From the NCBI GenBank assembly GCA_951406725.2, contig OX597814.1, forward strand, positions 128,588,001 to 128,652,000: 64,000 bases of DNA. The letters run 5' to 3'. The notes beneath the pieces are model-generated. The model ran no database searches and had not been told where the DNA came from. It saw nothing but the letters and a program-made list of their open reading frames with translations. Source of the stretch: Octopus vulgaris. Lineage: Eukaryota. Position 1 is the stretch's first letter, and every line of letters starts with the position of its first letter. Shown piece by piece: positions 1-14,052 of this stretch. The translations under genes were made by a program, and so were the position numbers.

Positions 1-347
1 TGAACATCCATGCTTGCATGGGTGAAACAGAATTTGTTGAGGCAGATTTTCTACAGCCAGATACCCCTCTTGTCAGCAACCATCACCTGTTTCTCAGTAA
101 GGTAATATTTCTTCATAGCCAAACATGTTTTTCACTGAAGACAGGAAATGAATAGCATTGATCATTTACAACCACCACATGATGCCAAGACAAAGGTACA
201 CATAAACATATATGATTGGTTTCTTTCAGTTTTCATTCACTGAATCCACTCACAAGGCTTTGGTTGATTCAGGGTTATAAGTGTACACTTGCCCAAGACA
301 CAATGCAGTGGGACTGAAGCAAACTTCTTCACCACACAGCCATGCTT
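1..347 (-). mobile_element. Diverged tRNA-derived SINE (family A head, RTE-like tail)
   Basis: 215-347 matches the reverse complement of the family A head (ccactcacaaggcttt...cttgcccaag...accacacagcc). Confidence 0.6.
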
Positions 348-890
348 GCAATGGGCACTACATATTGAAAGAATGTCATATTACTCACTGACTGTAAGAA
401 GAGCTTATGTAAGACTTATAAGATGCATGTCCAGTAAGAGCCGAGGTGAGAATACAAGGATCAACTAAAGTGAACACTGAAAAACTGATGTATCTTTATG
501 GAAGGTTGAAACATCTCATCGACGGCTCTGGCTGAGAAAATAACATATTAGACGTGTATAAAGAGGAGGCTGAATGAAACCCAACTCTTAGCAGCACTCC
601 AATTCTCATGTCCTCGCAGGCAAGGTACTAAAAGGTGTAAACTAGATTAATATAGAACAAATAAATTAAATATAGTCAAATTCTTGATTCTGAGAGGTGA
701 ATGTACCATGGGTAACCTGGATATTATTCTAATATATATATATATATATGGTTGTGTTGTGTGTTTACGACCGATAGAATGAATACTAGGCTTAAAAAAA
801 AGTCCTGTAGTCGTTTTGTTCGACTAAAAGTCTTCAAAGTGGTGCCCAGGTATGGCCGCAGTCATATGGGTAAAACAAGTAAAAAATAAC

Positions 891-951
<61 letters not shown>

Positions 952-3032
952 GCTGAATAACAATATATAAATCTAGACTTACCCGACACATTAACAAAAA
1001 AAATTACGCTTCAGTTTCTTTTAAATCAAGCAATTTTATTTTTTAAGAAAATATCGTATTAAAAATGATCATAATAATAATAATTAGCACTGCATCAATA
1101 CGTAAAAATATTAGCTCTTCTAAAATACCACATAAGTTTTATTTAGCAAACAAAAAACGTTTTCAATGCATTGTCAGTTATGTGCGGTTCATTTAAGTAT
1201 AATAAATATAGTAAGTAAATAATCACAATGAAATTCATTCAGTAAAATATTTGACACCTAACACACCTTTAACTGCATGGGCCTGTGTAGTAAGTTTAAA
1301 AAAAGTAGTAATGCAAGTGAATGCAACATCGAAGAGACGAAGCAATTACAGGTGTGACGAACACCGAGAGGAGAAGAAACACTTGTCAAGTTGTCACAGA
1401 ATGTTTGATGATAAAACGGAAACAGTTCCTCCCACTTCACCCTCAGCCAATTCTATCGAATCGGCCAGCATCTTAACAATAACTTGCATTGCTGCTTTAG
1501 TCAAACAATGCAGCTCAAATGGCCCGCAAAATATGAATTTCTTGACAAAACTCATATCAACAACACACTTAAACAATAATACGACGTGGCAAAGTAGTTA
1601 ATGGCAAACTCGCCCATAGTAGTTGTAATTTTGTGCATCAAGTAATATTAATACGATTTACAAGGAAAACAAATTTCAAAATTTAGCACCTGGTCAGCAC
1701 TGAATAAACAAAATCTATGATCAAAGGTATTTCCAGCCACGACTATCCCGTCTTTTTTTTATATATATATATATGTTTATCTTTTTTGTTTTGTTTTTTT
1801 CAAGCTGGCTCAATGCTATTTGGTCGCTCTTTCTAGCAAGACGAGTTGCTTTGGAGATTCCCTCGGCTTCGATAATTTCTTATGGTGTTAGATAAATAAA
1901 TAAATACTATGTTAATTTATTGTCTATGTGGTACATACGCTGTGTGTTGTGGTACATAAGATGTGTATTGTGGTACATACGCAGTGTGTTGTGCTACGTC
2001 TGTTAATGCGTTGTTATGGAAAGAAGTGTGTTGAGATGAAGCAGACCTATGATTAAAGACGTTCCAGCCGTGTCCATCCTGTCTTTTCTATTATTATCAG
2101 ACGTGCTTGTATCTAGGAGCACCTTCTCTAATGTGACCTTCCTTTTCCAGGAAAGTAAGATGTGATTTGCGAAATACTCATGTATGTTGCGTATGATGTC
2201 AGCAAGTGTGTAGTGATATCAATGGCTGTAGTGTTCTGTGATGTCAGTGGGAGTGTTGTGTCTCTAGATGTGTATCTGCTGTGACCGTAGGTGTGTGTAT
2301 ATTGTGTTGCCGTGTCCGGGAGTGTGTTGCGCTCGCTATATCTTTAGGAGTGTATATGCTGTGTCCATAGATGTACGGTGATTCGTTTTGTCTGGGTTAA
2401 CTGTGTATCGATTGTCTTGTGATATATTTGTTGTATTGTGTTGTGTAGGAAGACGCAAGGAAAACAAATTGCCTCACAAAATGAAATGAATTATTTATTG
2501 CACAGATCAGATTCCTTGACGCAATTTCCAAATTTCCAAACTAAAACCGAATAAATTTCAACGATCGAAGAAAGAAAAAAACGCACAAGAAGACAAGAAT
2601 AAAAGTTCTAGATCACACCTATATACCACACAAGGGATAATTAAAGAGGAAGATGAACGGTATTTAGACAGACCACTTAAAATAACAATCACAAATAATG
2701 TATAGGCATTCGTGTTTTCTTGGTGGTGTGTTTGAAAAGTACAGAATCATACGCAAACAGCTTCTGTAGAAGAATGGGATGACAATGTATTTGATAAATT
2801 AAGAATAACTACAGAAAAATGGAGACTTGAGCTATATATGCCTGAATATAAACAGAAAGTAAAAGGCGATCTGTTCGAGAGATATCCGAAATTGAGGTAG
2901 ACATAGATTTAAAAGATAGCACGAAATAAAAAGATGGACAAACAGAACTTCACTTTCGCTTGCCACCGAACAAAATAGGTAAATATTTTGAGACTAGCGT
3001 TATCTACAACATTAAAGCTTTAAATATATTAA

Positions 3033-3097
<65 letters not shown>

Positions 3098-3285
3098 GTT
3101 TGTAAGACTCATTGTCTTTAATAAAAACACTAACACTGAGACCTAGCACTTTTAAGTGTGTGTACACACACAGAGAAGATGTGTATTGGGGCTACTTGTT
3201 CATAAGAGCACTTCTAGTAAAAAACGGTCAGTACTAGACTTTAGAGTTTGTTTTACTAAAGAAAATACACACACACACACGCGTG

Positions 3286-3316
<31 letters not shown>

Positions 3317-3338
3317 ATATATATATACACACACACAC

Positions 3339-3401
<63 letters not shown>

Positions 3402-4211
3402 GAGAGAGTGAGACATAAAGCAATTCAACAATAATAATCACACTTGCCTCCTCCCCCTAAAAAAAGACAACAACAAGAAATTAAGTGGAAAGGCCATTAC
3501 TATAGGATGATTTCGAAACCCATCTAGTATTAGTAACTTACTGATCTGATTTCAAAACCTACTAAGTACCGAACCTAACCTTTCATTACATCGGGGGGTC
3601 ACATAAATGAGGACCAGTATATAAGAGCGGCTATAAAAACTACACTTAATGGCACAAAACTGACCTTGCCACGGGCCAAAGAAAAACAAAGTCCTAACGT
3701 ATATTGCATTAAAATAAATAATCAACTGAGAAATCGGCTTTAAACAAAGCACTATGTAATACAGAAATGAAGTACACTATAGATTTTCTGTTCATAACCG
3801 TTTATAGACTGAAGAATAGCAACGTACAGATTTCAAACCAAAACTACGGGATACCCAATCAATGACTGAGAAAGCGGGTTTTGTTATATAACCGTTTCCA
3901 TCCAAAGACACATACATTCTTTTCTGGTACCAGTCCTTGAGCAGTGAGTATGCTTGGGCACCACCTTCAAGGTTACATATAGTTAAATCCCACTGACCAC
4001 GGCAGATGTAAACTAGTGTAAATTTAGCGACCTCGGAAGGGTGAAAGACGAAGTTGGCACCCGGGAAGACTTTGAATTCAGAAAGTAACCGAATACTACA
4101 AAGAATTTTGCCCGATGCTAGGCTGGTTTTGTCAGTAATAAAAAGATCGCTACATACACACACATATATAACATATATTATAGTCTATATATATATATAT
4201 ATATATATATA

Positions 4212-4372
4212 TTCTTTTCTACTCTAGGTATAATGGCCGAAATTTTTGGGGAGGCGGGGCAGTCGATTAGATCAACCTCAGTACGCAACTGGTACTTAAT
4301 TTATCGAACCCGAAAGAATGAAAGGTAAGGTCGACCTCGGCGGAATTTGAACTCGGAATGTAAAGACAGACG
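4212..4372 (-). mobile_element. SINE family B, partial
   Basis: Shares gtcgacctcggcggaatttgaactc and ctggtacttaatttatcga with the other family B copies. Confidence 0.75.
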
Positions 4373-4617
4373 ATATATGATAGTCCCTGTCTATCTGTAT
4401 GTATGTAGAGAGTTGTTGGGCAGACCCATGACCGAACGCATTACAATGTGACTACTCCGTCTCCTCATAAATAGAATTTATCTCGGCCGCATTATTCAGT
4501 GTCCTTCAATGTTTTAAATACAGTAAGGTTTGATTTGAAACAAACAGATTAAGCAGATAATTCAAGCTATTGAACTATCCTGTACAGGTTCCCCTCACTT
4601 GTTATATATATATAGAT

Positions 4618-4670
<53 letters not shown>

Positions 4671-4712
4671 CAGCGAGGGAACATGTACTTGATCATTCAA
4701 TTGCTAGAAATA

Positions 4713-4794
<82 letters not shown>

Positions 4795-4805
4795 TATACA
4801 AATAC

Positions 4806-4836
<31 letters not shown>

Positions 4837-6038
4837 TATACAAATACACATATATATATAATAGCAATCTGACACATGGACTTCGCAAAGTACATCCTAC
4901 TTTATCTAATCGAGGCACTTATTCACACTATGACTTATTTGAAATTAGTCTACGATCATTGTCTATTTGGTATAAACATCAAGTATACACATACACACAT
5001 AGTGGACAATCAGTTATCCTCGACAGAAATCTTCCCACCAATGTCCAGTCATCAGATGACCGCATACAATGAGTAATTAGAAATAGAATAAACATTTTGA
5101 AAATGAACTATCATTCTTCAAACTGCGGCTGTGAACAATGATAATTAGTTAATAGAGAAGGGCGCGAAAATACACTAAACTTTCTTCGGTTAGTTGCCCA
5201 TAATAGCAGCTAGTCAATATATTTCGAATGAACGAGAGAGGTAATAGTTTCTAGAAGACAAGGAGGGAGCTTGCAATCCGGTTTCGATTCCCTATAATTC
5301 TTCATCATTTATATCATTAACCTTATTGTGAAATATATCATTTTTTTGTTGATTCATTGACAAAGATTATTTTCACACGCGTCAACGATGAGGTTTCTAC
5401 ACGGTTGTCCAGGGCGAAATAATAGCAAAATCTCCTACAAATCACACCAATGTGACCACATCATTAGACAATGTACTCCCTGACATATATAAAAGGTGAG
5501 GGAGCTATGTATGGAATGGCTTTGATCATCGATCTAAGGGCCGACTAAGAGGAAAGCAACAATTAAATATCAACCAACGAGATGCCAACATGCTAGAAAA
5601 AGCAGCCAAATATGTTCATTTCACAAAAATTCCTGTCTTAACGAAAGGACACATTGGAAAATGTAGTTCTAGATATATTCTGCTTATGAAAATAAATGCG
5701 ATTGTCACGGCTGGGATCGGACCTAATCTAGAGCTGTGGTTCCTTCCTCCATACCAAAGCCATAATATTTTCAACTATTACTAAATACCAGTCTCCGAGG
5801 AAAGTTGCAAGAAATAGCAACGAAATCTCACTCGCATCACACCCTACAGTCATAAAATAAAGAAAGGACAAATGTCTTATACACTGTCTGAAAAAGAATG
5901 AAGATGGTCACAGCTGACGGCCTTTGATCAGGCTTGACCTAAGCCTAAACAACAATAATTTTTAGTTGTTACCTAGATACCACACTTCATATTATTCTGT
6001 CTTGAACAACTGAGAACCGAAAATAGATAGATAGGCGT

Positions 6039-6081
<43 letters not shown>

Positions 6082-6579
6082 GTATATATAAATGTGTGTC
6101 CATGTATACAAATGCAAACGCGCACATATTTTCTTTTGTAAATTTATAGGTGTACCAAGTTTTAAACATCTAGTGAAACAATACGAACATGTGCAAATTG
6201 AAAATGCGTATATTGCACACATGCATTTATATGCACAACATAAAAACATATATATATACATGTATATTACTGTATCAAGATTAGGATGCGTGCAAGCATT
6301 AGGATTATGTGTATGTATGGCATCTACACACGCAATAAGGTTTTTTTTTACTGTTGCAATAAATAAATACACACTGAAAGATCACATGGTATATGATTGG
6401 GGGGTTCATTTAAAAAAAAAGGTTTTTGGCGTCATTGACAATATGACTGAAGTTGGTAATTATGATCATAGTCTCTATCCGGGAAATTAAATACATTTAT
6501 GCAATCTGTTTTTTTAAGAACTTCTACGTATGGTGTATATACACATATACACGCATTATATATGTACATCTATCTATCC

Positions 6580-6626
<47 letters not shown>

Positions 6627-6751
6627 CATCTATCTACACACACACACACACACACACAAAGGATTATGGCTCTGTAGGTTAACACAAAGCAGATTTTAAG
6701 AAAAGTATGAAAGCATGGAGAAATAAAAGAAATATTTAAAAATGGACATAC

Positions 6752-7067
6752 CTAGTTCTTTGGCCATAAGTTTGTGTGTATCCAGAAATCCTAACTTGAT
6801 CGCTTCCATCACTTGATTGTCGTCGTTACTTCTCCAAAAAGATTCATATTTTATGATTTCTGCCAAAAGATGGTTCTTGGCAAAATTCGATGCCTCACCT
6901 CCGCCATGGCCGTCGAAGATGGCGAAGTAGGCAAACTCTGCTTGGCCCGTGTTGGGGTTTCTCTCAAAGTGGACAGCGTACGTGTCCTCCATGTGCTTGC
7001 GACCGCCTTGGTGTCCCGTCTCGGTGACTCGTAGATTGACACCGATTTTAGCGCAATTTTTCGCCAT
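6752..7067 (-). CDS. PPM1D: First coding exon of a PP2C-family phosphatase, PPM1D/Wip1-like
   Basis: ORF reads MAKNCAKIGVNLRVT...QGGRKHMED...FAIFDGHGGGEAS.FAK.HL...AIKLGFL.TH..M.KEL, i.e. PP2C motifs 1-2 in the form typical of PPM1D. It ends at a canonical donor (CTAG|gtatgt, intron starts 6751, phase 1), similar to the vertebrate exon 1/2 junction. I did not find exon 2 (WPKT...STSGTT) in 1-6751. Confidence 0.88.
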
Positions 7068-8518
7068 TCTGTTTTTTATAACCCAACTGACATGCAGTCA
7101 GTTGTTTCCAAGTTGTCTTTGAACGCCTGCTCTTTTTTGTGTCTATTTTCTATTATTATTTCAAATTACGTTGTTGTAATTTTTGATGACACTGAACTGA
7201 GATATGAGAATAAGAGGTGTTAAATGCTTATACGGATCCGCTGACCATGTTGTCATGAGTTCGAAACTACACTTCAGTTCTTCCCAACAGTGATGACGAA
7301 GTGAAAAAAGGTAGTTGATAAAACTTTTAAAATCTGTGATTTTCACATGTATATTTTGTTTCGTGCAGTCTTGGCTTCAATGTCTTCAATCTGATTTAAC
7401 AGAAATAAAATTGTTAACATAGGTTTCAGAAATTCAGACTGTTTTTGTAGGAGCACAGGTGATCATGAGATGTGAAGATATTCTAAATTATGTATTTCTA
7501 TCAGTTATAGAAGCATACACCTTTTGGGGACCACTCGAAAGCCTGTGGGTAAACAATCGACTACTCTTTCTTTTTTCACAGTACATATATAAGGTGTAAA
7601 GAATTTAAGAAGAATCCGATCGGTATATCATAAGTTGTAGATCAGATCAATGTAGATTTGTATCAAGAAAAATATAAATAGATCTGTTGAAATTCATTGT
7701 TTACAAGTATTACGCTGTTTCTAGTCTTTTTACCCGCTTTCTTATCACATTTTCATCTCAATATTATGCATCAGCGATGCAATCAGTCTCTCTCTCTCAC
7801 TCTCTACAAGAGAAATTCCTGGAGACGGTTACATTTGAATATAGTTTTCCCTTAATATCACTTTAAGATGTTGTCAACCGGTCACGGTAATGTCGGGAAG
7901 AAAATAACAAAACTCACACTCAGACACGCACGCACAAACACTATTAAGAAAGCTTTCTCTTACATACAGTACAGTTAATCCTCTCAACTGATCCCAGTGC
8001 TTCCCATACAGCCATCGGTATCCTGTAACGAAGCCATTATGTACACAGTATTAATCCTTTTCAGCTCGAAGGTTAAGTTCTTCCAATATCGGAGTTGGTA
8101 TACGGGAACAGATAGTTAAAAATTGTGGTAGGTGCAAGGGATGTGTGATGTCGCTTTATACCAGTTGGTATGGAGCATCAAAGACTTGAGATACGTTATG
8201 TGCAAACTGTTATATATATATATATTTATATATTTGACGGCACTGATCTTGACAAGCGGTAAGAAATCAGCCGGTGGAACACATCATGCAGTTTAACAGT
8301 TGTCAGGTCACTAGTTAGAGAGCAAAGTCTGTATTAAAGAATATATTTAGAAGCAAGCATGCTGTGAAGTTGTGGCGACGATAGTGAAAATGGTACAGCT
8401 CTTCTTGTGTGTGGCAGCCATCGAGCACTTGTGAAAAACGTATTGCAGTTTCTCACACACACATACAAACAGAGCGAGAGAGAACTTCACATACTCACGC
8501 TGCAACAGTGAAACTTAC

Positions 8519-8600
8519 GCACGCTCAGATATACACACACACATTGCAACAGTCCAAGCAACGAACACATCCACAGCCGCACACACAATAACTTTAGCAA
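8519..8600 (-). other. Candidate non-coding first exon of PPM1D (5' boundary approximate)
   Basis: Lies just downstream of the CCAAT boxes. Strong donor GC|GTAAGT (plus-strand acttac 8513-8518) and a second donor GC|GTGAGT (8493-8498). A possible acceptor (cctcttattctcatatctcag) ends at 7197. Confidence 0.35.
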
Positions 8601-8632
8601 CACACACTCCAAGCTGAAATAGAAGTCGAGTG

Positions 8633-8665
8633 CTGATTGGCTGTTACCGTCGCTTCTGATTGGTT
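8633..8665 (-). promoter_or_regulatory. Paired NF-Y (CCAAT) boxes, candidate PPM1D promoter
   Basis: Two CTGATTGG motifs (ATTGG at 8636-8640 and 8659-8663; CCAATCAG on - strand), 23 bp apart. They sit ~1.6 kb upstream of the ATG in unique, CpG-retaining sequence. Confidence 0.5.
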
Positions 8666-8920
8666 ACAAGCTTCCCTCTAACCTGTTAAAGCTCTTTCTT
8701 GTAAACAACTCGCAATATTGACGAAACATTAAAAATCTATAAGTCTACAACAGTTCTTCAGATCACTGCAGGCATTTTATTGGTGATTACGGTGAAGATA
8801 CTGTCATCATTTCACTATTGACGGGGGCGAGAGGACCAGTTATATCTGAAATCATTTGTATACGAAGTTTCGTTATCATTAAAAAGCCACAAACGCTTTC
8901 TTTAGCTGCTAGTAAAAGAC

Positions 8921-8954
<34 letters not shown>

Positions 8955-9197
8955 TCTCTCTCCTTTCTATATATATATGTGTATAATACATGTGTGTATA
9001 TGTGTATAATATTCTCTCATTCTTTCTCTCTCTCTCCCTCCCCCTCTCTCTCCCTCCCTCTCTCTCTCTCTACCTGTATATATATATGTGTGTGTTTGTG
9101 TGTAGTAGAAAAAGAATGAAGAAACAAACAATTGGTATCTGTATCATACACACGCATGCAACACACATACTCGCATTCAACACACATACACGTACGT

Positions 9198-9228
<31 letters not shown>

Positions 9229-10015
9229 CACAAACACACTGCCAAACGTTCGCCGCTTCGCATCCACGAAGCCCCGGTTCAAGCCAACTGTGTGGCGTCT
9301 TGGATATATGTAATTTTCTACAGCCCCGAGTCAACTCATGCCTTGGCAGTGAAATTAGACGGGACACAAATTATATAAAATCCCGTATTTTAAAAGGTAC
9401 AGCGTTGTCACAGATTGTTACGCTGATTCTACATGAGAATCGTATTAAATGTACGTTTGTAAAATGCTCAGCTGCTTACTTGCTAATTCAATAAACAGGT
9501 TATTAGTAGATCAGACAATTGCATTCTCAAAACTTACGAACCTTGTGTTTAGCCGTAAGGATTCTATTTGTATCTGTATATACTACCTACTATATACTCT
9601 TCTATGTATTTTTGTATTGGCCTGTAATGTCCCCTTCTGTGTATGATTTTTATGACCATAGTAAAGAATATACTACCTGCGTCGTTTGTTTGTCTTCTTC
9701 CGTTATGTTCCACTCACTTATTCCTAACAGCTTTTTTGCCGTTGACGCCACCAAAATGAACAATCTTATCGTTAAAGACTCGATATTGTTACGGTTTTGG
9801 GACAATAACTGATTAAGGAAGAGTACGTCCAGGTTATGTGCATGAATTTTCCGTGGGTTCTTTTGTCATACTGTGCAATTTTTAAAATACATACACCACA
9901 CCGAACTAATACACATATACATGTATACATGCATGCACACATACATACATACATACATACATACATACATACATACATACATACATACATACATACATAC
10001 ATACATACACACACG

Positions 10016-10069
<54 letters not shown>

Positions 10070-10102
10070 CATATATAACGTGTGTATGATACAGATACCA
10101 AA

Positions 10103-10481
10103 GGCGTAGGAGTGGCTGTGTGGTAAGTAGCTTACTTACGAACCACATGGTTCCGGGTTCAGTCCCACTGCGTGGCACCTTGGGCAGGTGTCTTCTTCTG
10201 AAACCTCGGGCCGACCAAAGTCTTGTGATTGGATTCGGTAGACGGAAACTGAAAGAAGCCCATCGTATATATGTATGTGTGTGTATATGTTTGTGTGTCT
10301 GTGTTTATCCCACCAACATCGCTTGACAACCGATGCTGGTGTGTTTACGTCCCCGTAACTCAGCGGTTCAGCAAAAGAGCCCAATAGAATAAGTACTAGG
10401 CTGGAGTCGATTTGCTAAACTAAAGGCGATGCTCCAGCATGGCCACAGTCAAATGACTGAAACAAGTAAAAGAGTAAAGAA
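10103..10481 (+). mobile_element. tRNA-derived SINE family A, full length
   Basis: Pol III A box (TGGCTGTGTGG) and B box (GGTTCAGTCCC), internal (TA)/(TG) tract, AAAGAGT tail. Near-identical to 25019-25481. Confidence 0.9.
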
Positions 10482-10562
10482 TAATATATATACACGTGCG
10501 TGAGTCATCTATGAGATCATAAGTCAGGGGAAAGATGCACTCATATATCTGTCAGTAGGGTG

Positions 10563-10860
10563 GGTATAGTGTCCGAAATATACAGTATTATATTACGGCT
10601 GATCTTACCCATCGGTTTCGCGTAAAGAATACAATGGAGTATTAGATAACAGTACAATTACATAACTTTACGCTCATCAGAGTTAGCTGATATGGAAAGG
10701 AATAGGTTGTCATATTCCCTTCAATATCGGCTAACTCTGATGAGCGTAGAGTTATATAATCGGAGTGTTACTTAAAATTCCATTGTATTCTTTACACAAA
10801 ACCGATTGGTAAGATCAGCCGTGATGGATATTTAATACTATACACTTCGGATAATATACC
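10563..10860. mobile_element. Palindromic element with a hammerhead motif on each strand (Penelope-like or retrozyme-like)
   Basis: Inverted arms of ~140 bp around a short loop near 10705-10712. Hammerhead cores are present in both arms. Confidence 0.75.
10596..10689 (-). ncRNA. Type I hammerhead ribozyme motif, intact core
   Basis: Minus strand reads GCUAACU-CUGAUGA-GCGUAAAG...CUUUACGC-GAAACC-GAUG-GGUA-AGAUCAGCCG. Stem II is 8 bp and stem III is ACC/GGU. The GUA triplet predicts cleavage after 10606. Confidence 0.7.
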
Positions 10861-10934
10861 AGCATGGAAAACGGACGTTAAATGATGATGATGATGACGT
10901 TAAACGATGATGATGATACACACATATGCGCGCG

Positions 10935-11039
<105 letters not shown>

Positions 11040-11703
11040 TTATATTGCGGCCGTCACTTAAAACCGAAGCTGTCTTCGTTGTATGCTACATGCTTCTGCG
11101 AAACGCTTTAGGTCTCTGTGTTGTTGCGAGTAGACAGAAAAGTTTCGGTCCTTCCACCACTGACATCGCGGAACATCCAGCATGTTACAGGCAGAGGGTG
11201 AGATGTTTACACCAGTACTTGGCGGGTATTCACAACTGCTGAACACACAGGAGCCGAGTGAAACAAAGCACTTTGGTCAAGTGCAGAATTCGAATTTAAC
11301 ATACGCTCAGGATTCGAATTTAACATACGCGCGCGCACACACATACATGCACCCGCACCCCCACCCCACATACATAGGCGCACACGCACTACACACAGAC
11401 GCACGAACACACACATGCACACGCACACACACACGCATACACACACACACTCACAAAGGTAACATACGATGAATCAAACTCCAAAGAGACTGGTGTTGGC
11501 TTGCATCGTCCAGATTTGTATCATTCAGTGAAATCGACAAAAAGTATTGAGTGACCTTGCTGTGGGAAGTGGAATATCTAGTCCTTCTTCAATGAAAAAG
11601 TAACAGGAGAAGAATTAAAGAGAGACAACAGAGTTGTACATTCTCTCTCCGAATCATTGGATATTTCATTCCTCACGAGAAGTTTACTAAATCTTTTTTG
11701 TCG

Positions 11704-11935
11704 ATCATATATATCTGATTAAAAAATCCCGTTATGTCTGTTTGTGCGCTTATAACTCGAGTATCGTTCATACGATAGCGCTGAAATTTTAAACATGGAT
11801 GCATGAGAGAGCGGGGCGTTCCGTAATCTAAAAAGATTTTCAAAATTATCAGTTTCAAAATGAGAATCGATAGTTTTGTAATCTTTTTGTCCTATTTCTT
11901 CCGCCATGTTGTTCATTAAAAGCAACGCGTTGCTC
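11704..11935 (+). mobile_element. Non-autonomous Helitron-like fragment (related piece at ~12505-12620)
   Basis: Starts with ATCATATATATC...gtctgtttgt...ataactcgag...ctgaaatttt. The segment ttccgtaatctaaaaagattttcaaaatt recurs at ~12528. Confidence 0.4.
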
Positions 11936-12157
11936 AGATAGCCGGTATATACCATTTCGCATGGCAACAAGGGAAGTACAGGATGACAGTCAGTCAAAAC
12001 CATCGCCATGCTGTATCTCTTCTTTCCTCTCTCTGTCTCTCTGTCTCTCTCTCTCTGTCCCACTCTCTCTATATGTAGAGGGCTCAATACAATTATCTAA
12101 CTTAAAGCAACGGTCGTCAAATGCAAAAAGCCAAAGAACTGTTAAAACATATATACA

Positions 12158-12357
12158 TACATAAGACAGTAGGGTGTTTTGAGGGAGATTTGGCTGCTAT
12201 TTCTACCAGGTCTAGCTATTATGTTGAGGTCTCCCTCATTGGCTCATACATACATATATACATACATACATGACAGTAAGGTGTGATTTGAGGGAGATTT
12301 GGCTGTTATTTCTACCAGGTCTTACAACCATGTAGAGGTCTCCCTCCTTGGCTCATC
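12158..12357 (+). repeat. Tandem pair of an abundant short repeat (gagggagatttggctgctatttcta...)
   Basis: Two ~90-bp direct copies. Decayed relatives occur near 1.7-2.2, 5.4-5.9, 29.7, 31.8, 38.6, 61.5 and 62.8 kb. Confidence 0.7.
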
Positions 12358-13035
12358 TAATATATTGATATGGGGGTCAATTCGGGGACAGTGCTTGCGA
12401 TCTACTTTTTGTGAGCTGGCGTCAAGCAGACGAGTAAATCTTTTGTTCCGTCAGATTCTGGAAAGATTGACGAGTTTCGAAGAGACCTCTGTCCTTTTTC
12501 GGTCAAAACATGGATGGATACATGTAGTTCCGTAATCTAAAAAGATTTTCAAAATTGTCAGTTCCAAAGTGAAAATAGCTATTTTTGTAATCCTTATGGC
12601 CTGTCCATCGGATAATTAAAACTTCTGTAGCACCGTCCAAGTTAACCCTCTACAGCTATACAAACCGTCCAATGGACGGGGAACATTTGCTCGTATATAT
12701 ATATGTGTATGTGTGTGTGTGTGCTTATATACACACACACACGTGCGCGCGCAGTATCTATCATATGGATCGGTCAAGTCATCACTTGCGCTGATTCAGA
12801 CTTCATGGAGTTTAAAATTTTGGTAAGCGCCCCGAGAACAAACCGAGAAAAGAGATTTTATAACAGCACAAAAGACAATTAAATAGATAATCTAACTCAG
12901 GGCAGAAGTAAACAGTATTCTGCAACTGGGGATGAACAGCCTGTAGTTTAAAAGGAACCGAATTACTAATCAAATATTGAAAAGTAATGCCCTAAAACTG
13001 CAAACTGTTGAAGTTCTCTTTGGTAGAAGGTGCAA

Positions 13036-13210
13036 CAGTAGCTTAGCTAGGGATTAGGATAACCAGTCCACCCCCGGGTGATGCTTTTATGGGGCAGCAC
13101 ATTTGGTGCTACAGTTACTGTATAAGTCTGTATAGGCCCCACGGTGGGGTTTGTGTTAAGGCAAACTCAAGAGCTGCTCCTGATGGGACCGCATCTAGCT
13201 ACGCCTCTTG
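13036..13210. mobile_element. hAT-type MITE
   Basis: Termini CAGTAGCTTAGCTAG...CTAGCTACGCCTCTTG resemble CAGTGGCGTAGC-type TIRs. Related to 15711-15878. Confidence 0.55.
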
Positions 13211-13952
13211 GACCCAAGTGTGATCTCACCTATGCAGTTTTTGGTGGCATTACTCCTTCAAATACATGTCTTTTCATCTACAAAAGGCTATATTGCAGAA
13301 GACTAACATGGGCTGCATAAGCCCCAGCTCAGCACTGTTATCACTCATGTCTAAAGGTGTATTCCTTCATCTACTTCCGGGTTCAAAACCCTTTTTAGAT
13401 AAATGCATCAAAGTTGGAGCCGCAATTGATTCTTCACAAAGTTCTCTACTATATTTATCATTACAAAACAAAAGAAAGAAAAAGAAAAAGAAAATTAAAC
13501 GGAGTCAGAGCTAGGTAGGGTCAAAGGGCCTGTGACAAAGCTAATGGACCGTTTATTATTTAATCAGTATATATGTCTATAATAAAGGGTGCGCCCGAAA
13601 TTGAGTTGATGGCTATCACACATACACACATACATACATGATATATATATCCGTATGCATACACATACATACATATATATATGTATTTACACACATAAAC
13701 ACGCGCACGCGCGTATGTTTGCACGCACTTGATTAGAGTAAAACCAAGCCAACTTTTCCTTGTAAATCCGTTAAATTACAGCGCGAAGATTGCCTCATGT
13801 TCAGAAATATTACAACGCCCTTTGTCAGCATTTGAAAGATTAATGGGCGGCGAAATGATAGAGTCGTTAGAGAGTATCCGACAAAATGCCTTGCGGTATT
13901 TATTCCCGTTCCTTGCTTTCTGAGGTCACTTGAAAATTAAATTGTCGATGTT

Positions 13953-13985
<33 letters not shown>

Positions 13986-13990
13986 CATAC

Positions 13991-14052
<62 letters not shown>

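Noticed and set aside
1251-1601. 116-aa ORF and overlapping minus-strand ORFs as PPM1D exon 2 or another gene
   Set aside because: No PP2C motifs and no domain I recognise. Possibly transposon debris.
8350-8366. Possible p53 half-sites (AAGCAAGCATGCTG) upstream of PPM1D
   Set aside because: Overlapping imperfect half-sites that do not form a two-decamer response element.
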